This document shows, in pieces, positions 6,524-15,959 of a DNA stretch of 36,543 nt; within the stretch, counting starts at the first letter, position 1, and each line of letters starts with the position of its first letter. The stretch covers positions 1 to 36,543 of IMG/VR virus record IMGVR_UViG_3300021412_000005; one strand, 5' to 3'. This DNA comes from a virus. Taxonomy: Duplodnaviria > Caudoviricetes. The translations under genes and the position numbers were made by a program. The notes below the pieces were generated by a model that ran no database searches, was not told the DNA's origin, and was given only the letters and a program-made list of their open reading frames with translations.

Positions 6524-8229
6524 GTGTCTCGATCGTAGAGCGAGCGCTGTCCGATCCAAAGGTGATGCAGCGCCTGCTCTCGGACACCGGGTTCCTCGCC
6601 CGCGAACTTCTCGGCTACAACTACGACGAGGACGAAGGCGGCAGGAAGCTCAACGTAGGCCTGGGCGGCATCGTCGAGTCCGGCAAGACCGAGGAAGCCG
6701 TCCGCCTGCTCGACGACACCTCGCTGCACAACAAGATGCTGGTGATGCCTAGAGAGAGCCGCAAGTCCACGCTGCTCATCGCCTGGTGCGTCCGCCTCAT
6801 CCTGTTCAGCCCAGACATCCGCATCTTCTACGTCACCCGCACCGACGCGCTCGCACTGGAGAAGGCGATCGCGGTGCGCGACCAACTGCAACGCCACGAG
6901 ATCACCGCGCTGTTCGGCCCGCAACAGGGCGAACGCTGGGGCACCACCGAGTTCACCGTGGCCACCCGCACCATGCACGGCCTCCAGAACGCTACCTTCA
7001 CCGCGTTCTCCCAGGAATCGATGCGTCCGGGCGGCCGGTGCAACCTGCTGCTCGTGGACGACTTCATCGACCACACCAACGTCACCAACCAGGACCAGAA
7101 CCGGAAGTCCAAGGAACTGTTCGCCTCGCTGCTGCCGCTCGTCGCCAAGGGCGGCTCGATCGGCTACGTCGCCACCATCTGGGACGATAACGACCTCACC
7201 AACGACCTCCAGAACAACCGCTTGTTCCGCCCGCCCCTCGGTGGCCAGATCGTCTGCGGTGCCGGCGTGCGCATCGTCACCACGCAGGATGGCAGCATCG
7301 ACCTGGAACCACTGCCGACCGGACTCACCTTCCCGCATCTCACGCTAGACCACCTGCGTCAGAAACTCTGGGGCATGACGATGGAGGGCAAGTACGACCA
7401 CTTCTGCCGCCAGTACTTGAACCAGACCACCGTCACCGGCCAGGGCAGCTTCCAACGCAAGTTCTTCAAGCCTCTGCTCTGGGGGGACGACCTCAAGCAG
7501 CTCTCGACCTACCTGCTCACCGACACCGCCACCGGCCAGACCGTGGGCTCGTGCTACTCGGTGCTCGCCTACGTCGGCCTCGATGCCCAGGACAACGTCT
7601 ACCTGCTCGACCTCGACGTCGGCCACTGGGACGAAACCGAGTTCTGCGATCGCTTCTTCGCCATGCTCGAAGAGTGGCAGACGAAGTGCAACCACTGCGG
7701 CGAAGCCTGGGAAGGCGTCGCACTCGCCACCGTCTTCCGCCACCAGATCGAACGCGACAGCCGCGCGCGCAAGCTGCGGCTGCGCACCATCGAGATGGCG
7801 CGGCCACCGCAGAGCCAGAAGGATGCCCGCATCCAGCGCATGCAGCCCGTCCTCAAGCAGGGCCACTTCTACGTCGTCGCCACCGTGCCCAAGACCTTCG
7901 TCGACCTCGACGGCCCGAAGTCGCTCTGGGACCCGGTCGGTCACTACGACGCTACCACCAAGGCCATGCTGCCCTCGGGCGAGCTGGTCGACGAGTTCGT
8001 CAAGGGCACCGGCAAGCGCGACATCGCCGACACGCTCGCGATGATCCTGGAGTCCGAGAAGACCCGCAAGGGCGGCAGCCGGCGCCTGTGCGTCTACAAG
8101 CCCTACCGGCCACGCGAGAGCCCCAAGTCCTTGACACAAGAGCGCACCGAGCAATACCGTGCCGACCACTACGAGTCTGCCAATTCGGCGGACTGGTGGG
8201 AACGAACACTGCATGAGCAAGGACTCTGA
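6520..8229 (+). CDS. terL: Terminase large subunit
   Basis: Walker A-like MPRESRKST, Walker B LLLVDD, coupling region VATIW, QYLN, nuclease acidic motifs LTDTA, WEG and RDIAD. Confidence 0.92.
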   Translation: MSVSIVERALSDPKVMQRLLSDTGFLARELLGYNYDEDEGGRKLNVGLGGIVESGKTEEAVRLLDDTSLHNKMLVMPRESRKSTLLIAWCVRLILFSPDIRIFYVTRTDALALEKAIAVRDQLQRHEITALFGPQQGERWGTTEFTVATRTMHGLQNATFTAFSQESMRPGGRCNLLLVDDFIDHTNVTNQDQNRKSKELFASLLPLVAKGGSIGYVATIWDDNDLTNDLQNNRLFRPPLGGQIVCGAGVRIVTTQDGSIDLEPLPTGLTFPHLTLDHLRQKLWGMTMEGKYDHFCRQYLNQTTVTGQGSFQRKFFKPLLWGDDLKQLSTYLLTDTATGQTVGSCYSVLAYVGLDAQDNVYLLDLDVGHWDETEFCDRFFAMLEEWQTKCNHCGEAWEGVALATVFRHQIERDSRARKLRLRTIEMARPPQSQKDARIQRMQPVLKQGHFYVVATVPKTFVDLDGPKSLWDPVGHYDATTKAMLPSGELVDEFVKGTGKRDIADTLAMILESEKTRKGGSRRLCVYKPYRPRESPKSLTQERTEQYRADHYESANSADWWERTLHEQGL

Positions 8230-8434
8230 CCCGCTGGTCTCGCTCCGCTTGTCGGAGATCCAGCGCATCCGTGACGTGCTCGCGAGCTTGCGCGACTACT
8301 CGCCGATGATCAGTCGGCTCTGGGTGCAGGTGGCGGGCCTCTACCAACGGCTGGCGAAGGACGCCAAGCTGCCCGCAGGACAACCACGAAACGCAGGCCC
8401 CTATCCGGAGCCGGCCAAGGAAGTCACACGATGA
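8213..8434 (+). CDS. Small hypothetical protein
   Basis: MSKDSDPLVSL..., 73 aa; stop overlaps the ATG at 8431. Confidence 0.6.
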   Translation: MSKDSDPLVSLRLSEIQRIRDVLASLRDYSPMISRLWVQVAGLYQRLAKDAKLPAGQPRNAGPYPEPAKEVTR

Positions 8435-10026
8435 GCAGGCCAATGGTACAGGTGTCGCACAACCCGAGCCGCTTCAGCGAGGCGGATCTCGGCTACCGCA
8501 AGTCGGCCCACAGCTCGTTCCTCTCGGTCGGAACGGGAGCGGTGGCATCGCCGAACGAACCGATCCGGGTCGGCCCCTACGACGTCGCCCTGATCGATGA
8601 GATCGTGCTCACGGCCAGGACCAACGACGCGGCGACCAACGTCACCGCCCTGCTCCATGTCAACGGGCGCACGATCAACGTGCTCGGTTCTCCCGACACC
8701 GTGGCGCCACACGTGCTGCGGTTCCACTTCCCAGGTGCGGTCGACGCGGTGCACACCGACCGGATGCATCTCCAGCCTCGCGGCAAGATCGTGGTGCGCC
8801 CCAGCTCGACGCTGTGGGTTCAGGCCAGCGAAGGTAGCCGGATCAACTGCCAGATCAGCTACCGCGTCAAGTCGCTCATCGCCGCACTCCGGGACGGCGA
8901 CATCTCCCCGAATGGCGAGTTGCCAGCAGTCGCCAGCACCAACTCGGAGGCGGCAAACGGCACCGTCGCCGCAACCCAGAAAAAAATCATCCCTGGCGTC
9001 GCTGGCAAGGCGATCGAGATCCTCGCCTTCTACCACACCGGCCACAACTTCAACGCGGCCGAGGACAACAACCTGCTCGGCTTCTGGGACGGAGTGACCG
9101 GCACCTTCGCGGCCAACGGCTCGATGGTGATGCGAGCCTGGGCCAGAGGCGCAGCCACGCGCTGGCAACCGCGCATCCTGATCGACGACACCAAGGGTTG
9201 CATCCAGGGCCCGGTCGGCGAAGGCGTCTACATCCAGGCATCGGCCAACATGGCGAGCGCCAACGACGACAAGGCCACCTACGTCGTCTCCTACCGCTAC
9301 GTGCCCTCACCAGTGCCGCTGCTCGCGGCTGGCATCGCCGACGCGGGCGGCTCGACCACGACGATGGTGGATTCGGCCCTGATCGCAACAACCATCCAGA
9401 TGGTCGGCAAGGTGATCCGCTTCACCAGCGGCACCAACCTCGGCCAGTATCGCATCATCACCAGCTTCGCCTCTGCGACCGGCACGGTGACGTGGGTGCT
9501 GGCTACTCCCGCCGCGACCGGTGCCGCCGACACCTACGACATCGTCGAGTTCAGCGACGTCGCGACGCCGACCGGCATCGTTGGTCAGGCGCCGATCAAC
9601 CGCAAGAAGTTCTGGTACACGACTACGCTCGATCCGACGACCAATCCGAGCGTGCCGCTCTTTTCTGCTGCCACCGTGACGCAGGGGGCTTCGACCGAAC
9701 TGGTCCTACATGGTCATGCCTTCAGCGGCATCTTCGTCGAGAACGCCGCCGACTCGATCGTCGGCATGGGACTCGGCGACTTCCCGGCGACAATCGGGTG
9801 GAGCGAGTACACGAATGCCCACGGCGACGGTGCTGCCGCCACGGTGTCGAACTCGTTTTCTCGCTACGGTGCGAACCTGCCAGCCAACGTCGCGCTCAAC
9901 CCGGTGTTCCTTGGGGTCGAAGGGGCAAACAACATCTTCGCGCAGCGATTCCAGCTCTGTTGGGGCACGTTCCGCCACTACAGCGGCGGATCGATCGTTG
10001 CATCAGTCGCCGACGCCATCGTGTGA
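8431..10026 (+). CDS. Beta-rich multidomain probable virion protein
   Basis: 531 aa, Thr/Ala/Gly/Val-rich; contains the 73-aa module at 9331-9549. Confidence 0.8.
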   Translation: MSRPMVQVSHNPSRFSEADLGYRKSAHSSFLSVGTGAVASPNEPIRVGPYDVALIDEIVLTARTNDAATNVTALLHVNGRTINVLGSPDTVAPHVLRFHFPGAVDAVHTDRMHLQPRGKIVVRPSSTLWVQASEGSRINCQISYRVKSLIAALRDGDISPNGELPAVASTNSEAANGTVAATQKKIIPGVAGKAIEILAFYHTGHNFNAAEDNNLLGFWDGVTGTFAANGSMVMRAWARGAATRWQPRILIDDTKGCIQGPVGEGVYIQASANMASANDDKATYVVSYRYVPSPVPLLAAGIADAGGSTTTMVDSALIATTIQMVGKVIRFTSGTNLGQYRIITSFASATGTVTWVLATPAATGAADTYDIVEFSDVATPTGIVGQAPINRKKFWYTTTLDPTTNPSVPLFSAATVTQGASTELVLHGHAFSGIFVENAADSIVGMGLGDFPATIGWSEYTNAHGDGAAATVSNSFSRYGANLPANVALNPVFLGVEGANNIFAQRFQLCWGTFRHYSGGSIVASVADAIV

Positions 10027-10034
10027 GATCCAAC

Positions 10035-10709
10035 ATGCAACCAGAATCACACGACTACCTCGGCAACCGCAACAACTGGTGGAGTCAGAATCGCAGGACC
10101 TCCGCCACGTCCGTGGACGTCAAGCTGGTGCCGCCAGCAGTCGCCACCGCAGCCCTGGTGTCGGGTGGCATCGCCGACGCGGGCAGCAATACGATCAGGA
10201 TCATCGACGCGGCGCGCACCGAGGCCACGGATGTCTGGGCTGGAAAGGTCGTCAAGTTCACCAGCGGTACCAACAGCGGCCTGTATCGAACGATCACCTT
10301 GTTCGATCCGGTTACCGACACGATCAATTTCGCTCCCGCCGTACCAACAGCCGTTGGTGCTGGCGACACCTACGACATCGTCGAGAGCGTGTTGACGTAT
10401 CGTCTCGTCGTGACCGGCTACCACATCACCGGCGTGAACACCGGAGCCGCGTTCGCCGACGTCATCTTCCGCCACAAGATCAACACGACCAACGTGCTGC
10501 TCGATGCTTTCGTGCCGGCGACCAACGGCTCGCTCAACATCAGTAACGGCCGGTGCTGGCTGCCGATGGAGGAGAACGAGTCCCTCGAAATGCTGATCGG
10601 CGGCACGCTCACCGCTGGAGTGGTCGCCTTCACCTTCTGGGGCAAGGTGTTCCCTTCCACGACGCCGCTGGCGATGAAGTATCTGGGTAACGAAACCAAC
10701 CCAGCCTGA
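10035..10709 (+). CDS. Beta-rich probable virion protein
   Basis: MQPESHDYLG..., 224 aa; contains the 73-aa module at 10167-10385. Confidence 0.8.
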   Translation: MQPESHDYLGNRNNWWSQNRRTSATSVDVKLVPPAVATAALVSGGIADAGSNTIRIIDAARTEATDVWAGKVVKFTSGTNSGLYRTITLFDPVTDTINFAPAVPTAVGAGDTYDIVESVLTYRLVVTGYHITGVNTGAAFADVIFRHKINTTNVLLDAFVPATNGSLNISNGRCWLPMEENESLEMLIGGTLTAGVVAFTFWGKVFPSTTPLAMKYLGNETNPA

Positions 10710-10768
10710 TCGACAGCCCTCGCTCCCTGATCGACAGCCCTCGCTCCCTGATCGACAGCCCTCGCTCC
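10706..10768 (+). repeat. Perfect 3 x 21-bp tandem repeat filling the intergenic space before the portal gene
   Basis: ctgatcgacagccctcgctcc at 10706, 10727 and 10748, immediately followed by ATG. Confidence 0.97.
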
Positions 10769-13039
10769 ATGACCACGACGATCTCGATCCCGCAAGACGA
10801 AGGCGTGTTCTCGCCCGAGGAGGCGATCGCCTTTCGTCGCGCGCAGGAGGCGACGGCCAATCGCGCTGGCGATGAGCAGACCGACAGCGCGGTGCTCAAC
10901 GCGGTCACCTCGATCATGGCCGAGTGGACCGATCGCATGCAGCCGCTGTTCCGGCGCTGGCGGGCCACCAACAAGATGCTCGCCGGCAACACGCTCGCGA
11001 GCGGCGGCCCCGAGGACGTGCACTCGCCCGAGATCTACAAGGCGATGGAGACGCTGATCCCGCGAATTGAGGAGATCGTGGTCGAAGCGCACGACCCGTG
11101 GTTCGACATGGTGAGCCGCCGCCGCAAGAACATGAAGGCGGCCGACGCGATCTCGGCGATGCTGGAGTGGCAGTTCACCCAGGCCAAGGTGCGGCACCTG
11201 TTGCAGCCGGCGATCCGCGACACGCTCATCACGCAGGTCGGCACCTTCTATGTCTGGTGGGACAACAAGGAGAGCTGGCGCAACGTCCTCACGGTCAAGC
11301 GCGAGTTCGACGAGAAGGGCAGGTTGCATCGCTCGGTGAAGATCGATCGCAAGAAGGTGATCGACTACTCCGGCCCTCGCGCGCAACTGATCGACCCGTT
11401 CGACTTCATCATCGACACCAAGGCGACCAACGCGCAGGAGGCGATCTACGTCGGCCACCGCGCATGGCTCACGATCGACGAGGTTCGCCGCATCGGCAAG
11501 GAACTCGGCTGGCGGAACCTCGACAAGCTGGAGAGCAGCGGTTCGCAGTACCAGACGCTCGGTCCGAACCAGTACGCCTACGGCTACACCAGTGATCCGA
11601 CCGCGCGCTATCCGATGGCTGGCGAGATGGCGACCAAGCCAGACGGGCGCCCCGAGAAGGTCGAAGTCGTCTTCCTCTACAGCAGGATGAGTTTCGACCA
11701 GGGCGAAACTTTCGACGACACACGCATGGTGGTGGCTGCCGGCAAGACCGTGCTCGAAGTTCGGAGTAATCCGCTCGACGGGCAGTATCGTCCGTACGCG
11801 ACGATGCGGATCGCGAAGACAGGCCACCACTTTTTCAGCACCGGCACCTTCGACAACGCGATCCGGCTCAACCAGCACCTCGACCGCGCGCTGCAAATCT
11901 ACACCCGCGGCAGCGCCATCGCCGGGATGCCGATCGCGTTCGCCGAAGAGGACAGCGACCTGCCCGACTCGCTCTACAAGGTGCGCCCGTTCACGATCTA
12001 CAAGGGAGTCGGCAACATCCGCTTCACCCAGATCCCCGATGGCTTCCTGCGCGCCATGCCGCTGATGGTCTCGATGTGGCAGCGGCAGATCGAGGAGACG
12101 GTGGGCAGCTTCCGGCTCAACATGGGCCAGGACAGCAACGGCACCGCGACCGAAGCCACGCTCTCGCTGCAAGAAGGCAACCGCCGGACACGCGGCATCG
12201 TGCGCGCGGTTGGCGACGGGCTCGAACAACTGCTCGACATCTTCTACCGCCTCAACAAGCAGTTCTCGGTCGAAGATGTTGAGTTCCCGGTCCTCGGCAA
12301 GCGGGCGCTCGACCTGCGCAAGACGCACCTCACGGTCGGGCCAGCCGACTTCCTGGACGACGTGCAGTTCGAGTTGATCGGGCTGCGCAACACGCGCAAC
12401 TACGGGCTGAAGGCGACCGGGTATCAGGCGTTCGTGAACAGCATGACGCCGTTCATGATGGCCAACCCGACCACGGTCGACCAGCCGGCCCTGATGCACG
12501 ACGTCGCGCGCGAACTGATCGGTCCGGACGAAGCCAACCGCATCGTCAAGATCCCGACGCCGATCGACCAGCTCTACAGCCAGCACGAGGAGAACGAGGT
12601 GCTGATCGCTGGCGAGGAAGTGGATGTCGACCCGGACGACGACGATGTCCAGCACCTGCAAGACATGGAGTTCCTCTGGCAGCGCGCGCTGGACCCCGAT
12701 GATCCGATGCCGCTCCACGTCCGCAAGGGGATCTGGCAGCATCGCCTGCGCCACATGAAGCAGATGGAGAACAAGCAGGCGCAAGAGCAGGTGCGGCAAG
12801 GTCGCATGCAGCAGCAGCAGACCATGCTGCCACCCGAAGCCGGCGGCCAGCAAGCGCAGGAAGGTGGCGGGGCCAGCCCGCAGCGCGGCGGCATGAGCGA
12901 CGCGCTCACCGCGCTGGCGAACGACTCGACGCCCGGTGGCCAGACCCAAAACGAGAATCCGGGCCCCGCCGACAGCCGCAAGTACAGTCGCTCCGGCGGT
13001 AGCAAGCGAACCACCAACCAGACCGAGAACAGCCTGTGA
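10769..13039 (+). CDS. Portal protein (P22-like podovirus type)
   Basis: 756 aa; SPEIYKAMETLIPRI, IDPFDFIID, TATEA motif, Gln-rich C-terminal tail; lies between terL and scaffold/capsid. Confidence 0.9.
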   Translation: MTTTISIPQDEGVFSPEEAIAFRRAQEATANRAGDEQTDSAVLNAVTSIMAEWTDRMQPLFRRWRATNKMLAGNTLASGGPEDVHSPEIYKAMETLIPRIEEIVVEAHDPWFDMVSRRRKNMKAADAISAMLEWQFTQAKVRHLLQPAIRDTLITQVGTFYVWWDNKESWRNVLTVKREFDEKGRLHRSVKIDRKKVIDYSGPRAQLIDPFDFIIDTKATNAQEAIYVGHRAWLTIDEVRRIGKELGWRNLDKLESSGSQYQTLGPNQYAYGYTSDPTARYPMAGEMATKPDGRPEKVEVVFLYSRMSFDQGETFDDTRMVVAAGKTVLEVRSNPLDGQYRPYATMRIAKTGHHFFSTGTFDNAIRLNQHLDRALQIYTRGSAIAGMPIAFAEEDSDLPDSLYKVRPFTIYKGVGNIRFTQIPDGFLRAMPLMVSMWQRQIEETVGSFRLNMGQDSNGTATEATLSLQEGNRRTRGIVRAVGDGLEQLLDIFYRLNKQFSVEDVEFPVLGKRALDLRKTHLTVGPADFLDDVQFELIGLRNTRNYGLKATGYQAFVNSMTPFMMANPTTVDQPALMHDVARELIGPDEANRIVKIPTPIDQLYSQHEENEVLIAGEEVDVDPDDDDVQHLQDMEFLWQRALDPDDPMPLHVRKGIWQHRLRHMKQMENKQAQEQVRQGRMQQQQTMLPPEAGGQQAQEGGGASPQRGGMSDALTALANDSTPGGQTQNENPGPADSRKYSRSGGSKRTTNQTENSL

Positions 13040-13392
13040 CCCAAGAAACCCAAGACCTTCCCGAAATCCGCCAGCGCGTTCGCGACCTGGAGCACGAACT
13101 CGTGATGATTGGCCTGGAACTGGAGTGGGACACGGCGGTTCGGTCGCTGGGCGTGCATCCGGGCTGGGTCAGCCTGCGGTCTCGGTTGCAGACGTTGCTG
13201 CACAGCGAGACCGAGAAGTTCCTCAAGATGCGCATGGAACTGTACGACCTCGGCCGCTGCCAGGGCACGCTGCGCACCCTTCGTATTGCGGTGCAGGATG
13301 AGCCTTTGAAGCAGGAGCGCATTGACACGCTGAAGCGCGAGGCTAGCGTTCTCCAGGACGAGCTGGTCGAACAACGCCGGCTCCTCGAATAG
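13036..13392 (+). CDS. Hypothetical coiled-coil protein after portal
   Basis: 118 aa, GTGA-coupled. Confidence 0.75.
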   Translation: MTQETQDLPEIRQRVRDLEHELVMIGLELEWDTAVRSLGVHPGWVSLRSRLQTLLHSETEKFLKMRMELYDLGRCQGTLRTLRIAVQDEPLKQERIDTLKREASVLQDELVEQRRLLE

Positions 13393-13399
13393 GAACCAC

Positions 13400-13594
13400 A
13401 TGCACGACAGCAAACCCAGCGGCGATTCGCTGACCTCGACCAACCAGAGCGCGCAGAACCCCAACGGGCAGCGTGACACGATGGCAGGCACGACCGGCAA
13501 GTTCGTCCCCAAGGGGAACGAGATGCACTCGACCGTGCAGACGCAGGTCGATCCCTGTTGCAACATGGGCATGAAGGGGCCGCCGCACAAGTAG
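13400..13594 (+). CDS. Small hypothetical protein
   Basis: 64 aa, AGGA SD upstream. Confidence 0.6.
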   Translation: MHDSKPSGDSLTSTNQSAQNPNGQRDTMAGTTGKFVPKGNEMHSTVQTQVDPCCNMGMKGPPHK

Positions 13595-13690
13595 CCTTCA
13601 GAACGCATCTGCGCTCGGGCCTGGCTAACAGGGGCGCAGTGACACAAGCCAATCCCGCCGCCGGGTGAACGGGCGCAGTTGAGGACCGCT

Positions 13691-14326
13691 ATGCCGGAAT
13701 CGTCCCCCGAAACTGCCAACAAGGCAGTGACCGAGAAGCCAGCCGACAAGGCTGGTGCCGAAGGCAAGAATGTTCCTCTTGCAGCACTCAGCGAGCAGCG
13801 CGCCAAAACGAGGGCAGCGAACGAGCAAGCCGAGGCTCTGCAAGCGGAACTGGAGAAAGCCAAGGATGGCAAGTTCGACCTCGCCGCTCTCTCGCCGTTG
13901 GTTGCCGATCTCATGCTCGAAGCCCGAAAGGCTGCCGAGCAGGAGTTCGAGCCGCTGCGGCAGGAAGTCGCGAAGTACAAGTTGGCAAATCAACTGGGGC
14001 TCAACGAGCCGCAGGTGGACAAGGTGATGGCAGTCAAGAGCAAGAACCCTGGGCTCACCGATCAGCAGGCATTGCTGCTCGCCAAGAACGAGCACGGCGA
14101 CCTGTTCCCGCAGTCCCAACGGCCGGCGTGGGATCGGGCGTTGCACGGGGCGATGCCGATCTCGGGGCAGTCAGAGGACCGCAACGAGAAGACTGTCGAC
14201 CATCTCGCCAAGATGAACGAGGCGCACGGCAAGGGCGATCACCAAGCCGCGCGCATGCATGCCGCCCAGGTTTTCACCGAACGGTTCTACCGCATCAAAC
14301 CTCACCTGCGCCCTCGATCGACGTAA
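13691..14326 (+). CDS. Capsid scaffolding protein
   Basis: GAGG SD; acidic/helical, VPLAALSEQRAK motif; directly before the capsid gene. Confidence 0.8.
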   Translation: MPESSPETANKAVTEKPADKAGAEGKNVPLAALSEQRAKTRAANEQAEALQAELEKAKDGKFDLAALSPLVADLMLEARKAAEQEFEPLRQEVAKYKLANQLGLNEPQVDKVMAVKSKNPGLTDQQALLLAKNEHGDLFPQSQRPAWDRALHGAMPISGQSEDRNEKTVDHLAKMNEAHGKGDHQAARMHAAQVFTERFYRIKPHLRPRST

Positions 14327-14332
14327 CGCCAG

Positions 14333-15478
14333 ATGTCTGACTTCCTTCTCTTCGACAACACCGCAGTCGCCACCGCCGTCAACGAGGCCACCCTCAAGGA
14401 GCAGGTCCAGGACTTGCTCATCAACCTGTTCCCGCTGGACACGCCGTTGCAGCAAGTCTGCGAACGGATCGCGATGAACAGCGTGTTCATGTACCAGCCG
14501 ATCGACACCTACAACGACATCAGCCGGGTGTCTTCGGTGTTCGATGCGGGCGGCGACTGGAACGCGATCAACGCCAAGCCGGAAGGGCACACCTACGCAT
14601 CCGGCACGCCGCAGTACACGGCCAAGCTCAAGAGCGTCGCCGAGATCCAGGGCCGGGCGTTCGGCGTATCCGGCACCGAGCGCGCAGTCTCGATGTGGGG
14701 CATCACCGACCGCTACGTGCTGGAAGCGCTGAAGAAGACGCATGCCGTGGTCAACGGCTTCGAGCACTCCTTCCACTGGAGCCCAGGCTCGACCGAGTTC
14801 GGCGCCGACCTGCATACCGCAGCGACGATCGACGTCGCGCGTCAGACCCAGGGTCTGGTGTGGTGGATCGCCCGCTCCGGGTTGCAGCGCAGCATCACCG
14901 GGCTCGGTTCCGCGACCGTGAACGACGGCCACGGCAACAACTTCGGCACGGGTGGCGGCGCGCTCAACACGGGTGCATCGACCTGGTGCTACAACGCAGC
15001 GGGCCTGCCGCTCGATCAGGCGATGTTCAAGGACAACCTGATGGCCCAGTGGTACCAGATCACCGGCCGGCAGGCGAACAAGATGGGGTTCTGCGGTGCG
15101 CGCATCAAGAACCTGTTCAGCCAGTTCGCGCTCACCGCGAACGGCGCCATCAACGAGCGCACGCTGTCGGCGGCGTCTCGCGAGGTGATCGACACGGTCG
15201 ACTACTACACGACCGACTTCGGCCGCGTCGGGCTCAACCTCGACCGCTACCTGAACATCCCGAGCCAGAGCACGACCATCACCGGGATCACGGTACCGTA
15301 CGACGAGGTGCTGCTGTTCATGGATCCCGCCTACTTCAAGATCGGCGTGCTGCGCCCGGTGACGCTGGAGTCGCTCGGCAAGACCCGCGACGCCGAAGAC
15401 GGCCAGATCACTGGCGAGCAGGCGTTCGTGTGCCTCAACCCGCAGGCGGGCGCAGGCATCGTGAATTGTCTGCCATAG
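14333..15478 (+). CDS. Major capsid protein (DUF5309/SU10-like)
   Basis: 381 aa; DTPL, KPEG, VSGT, RQTQGL, VDYYTTDFG, DRYL, LRP..ESLGKTRDA motifs. Confidence 0.92.
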   Translation: MSDFLLFDNTAVATAVNEATLKEQVQDLLINLFPLDTPLQQVCERIAMNSVFMYQPIDTYNDISRVSSVFDAGGDWNAINAKPEGHTYASGTPQYTAKLKSVAEIQGRAFGVSGTERAVSMWGITDRYVLEALKKTHAVVNGFEHSFHWSPGSTEFGADLHTAATIDVARQTQGLVWWIARSGLQRSITGLGSATVNDGHGNNFGTGGGALNTGASTWCYNAAGLPLDQAMFKDNLMAQWYQITGRQANKMGFCGARIKNLFSQFALTANGAINERTLSAASREVIDTVDYYTTDFGRVGLNLDRYLNIPSQSTTITGITVPYDEVLLFMDPAYFKIGVLRPVTLESLGKTRDAEDGQITGEQAFVCLNPQAGAGIVNCLP

Positions 15479-15482
15479 TGGA

Positions 15483-15504
15483 ATGACCTAAACCAATAGG
15501 TCAT
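15483..15504 (+). promoter_or_regulatory. Perfect inverted repeat ATGACCTA-N6-TAGGTCAT overlapping the next start codon
   Basis: Read directly; the right arm covers AGG and the AT of the ATG at 15503. Confidence 0.6.
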
Positions 15505-15958
15505 GCCTACTTACGTCTACTGCTGCGAGACCTGCGGCACTCGCCACGAGAAGATCGTGGCGATGTCGCAGCACTCGGCGGTCTCGACCTGCGTCTGCGG
15601 CTGCAAGGCGGCCCAGACGTTCGACGAGTGGTCGGGCGAAGTGCTCGTCAAGGGCAACTGCCGCCCCTTCAAGCTCGACGGCACATGCGTGCCGATCGGT
15701 TGGGAGCGCGGCAACACCGCCGAGGCGCAGGACGCGCGCTATCGCAAGCACATCGCCGAGAAGAAGAAGCTCGCCCGTCAGAACGATAAGCAGGCGATCA
15801 AGGGCGGCATCCGCCACATCGGCTCGGTGCCGCGTGAGTTGCTGCGCATGCGGCGAAACCAGTACGGCAATGACTACCTGAACCCTTGTTCGCTCTCGGA
15901 GGGCGAACTGGTCAGTCAGCTCAAGTCGGACGACCTCTACCTTCCTGCCAAGGACTAG
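15503..15958 (+). CDS. FmdB-like zinc-ribbon protein
   Basis: MPTYVYCCETCG...CVCG N-terminus. Confidence 0.8.
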   Translation: MPTYVYCCETCGTRHEKIVAMSQHSAVSTCVCGCKAAQTFDEWSGEVLVKGNCRPFKLDGTCVPIGWERGNTAEAQDARYRKHIAEKKKLARQNDKQAIKGGIRHIGSVPRELLRMRRNQYGNDYLNPCSLSEGELVSQLKSDDLYLPAKD

Positions 15959-15959
15959 C

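Noticed and set aside
9331-9549. 73-aa module as an intein or intron
   Set aside because: No Cys/Ser start with His-Asn end and no endonuclease; composition is that of a virion beta domain
9198-10034. 5' extension making a 503-aa ORF (possible frameshift fusion with the 8431 gene)
   Set aside because: The extension is Arg/His-rich off-frame text overlapping a real gene, and the ATG at 10035 follows the upstream stop closely
10706-10768. CRISPR mini-array
   Set aside because: Units are directly adjacent with no spacers, and no cas genes are present
10418-12949. 843-aa antisense ORF over the portal gene
   Set aside because: Expected shadow of high-GC codon usage; no motifs
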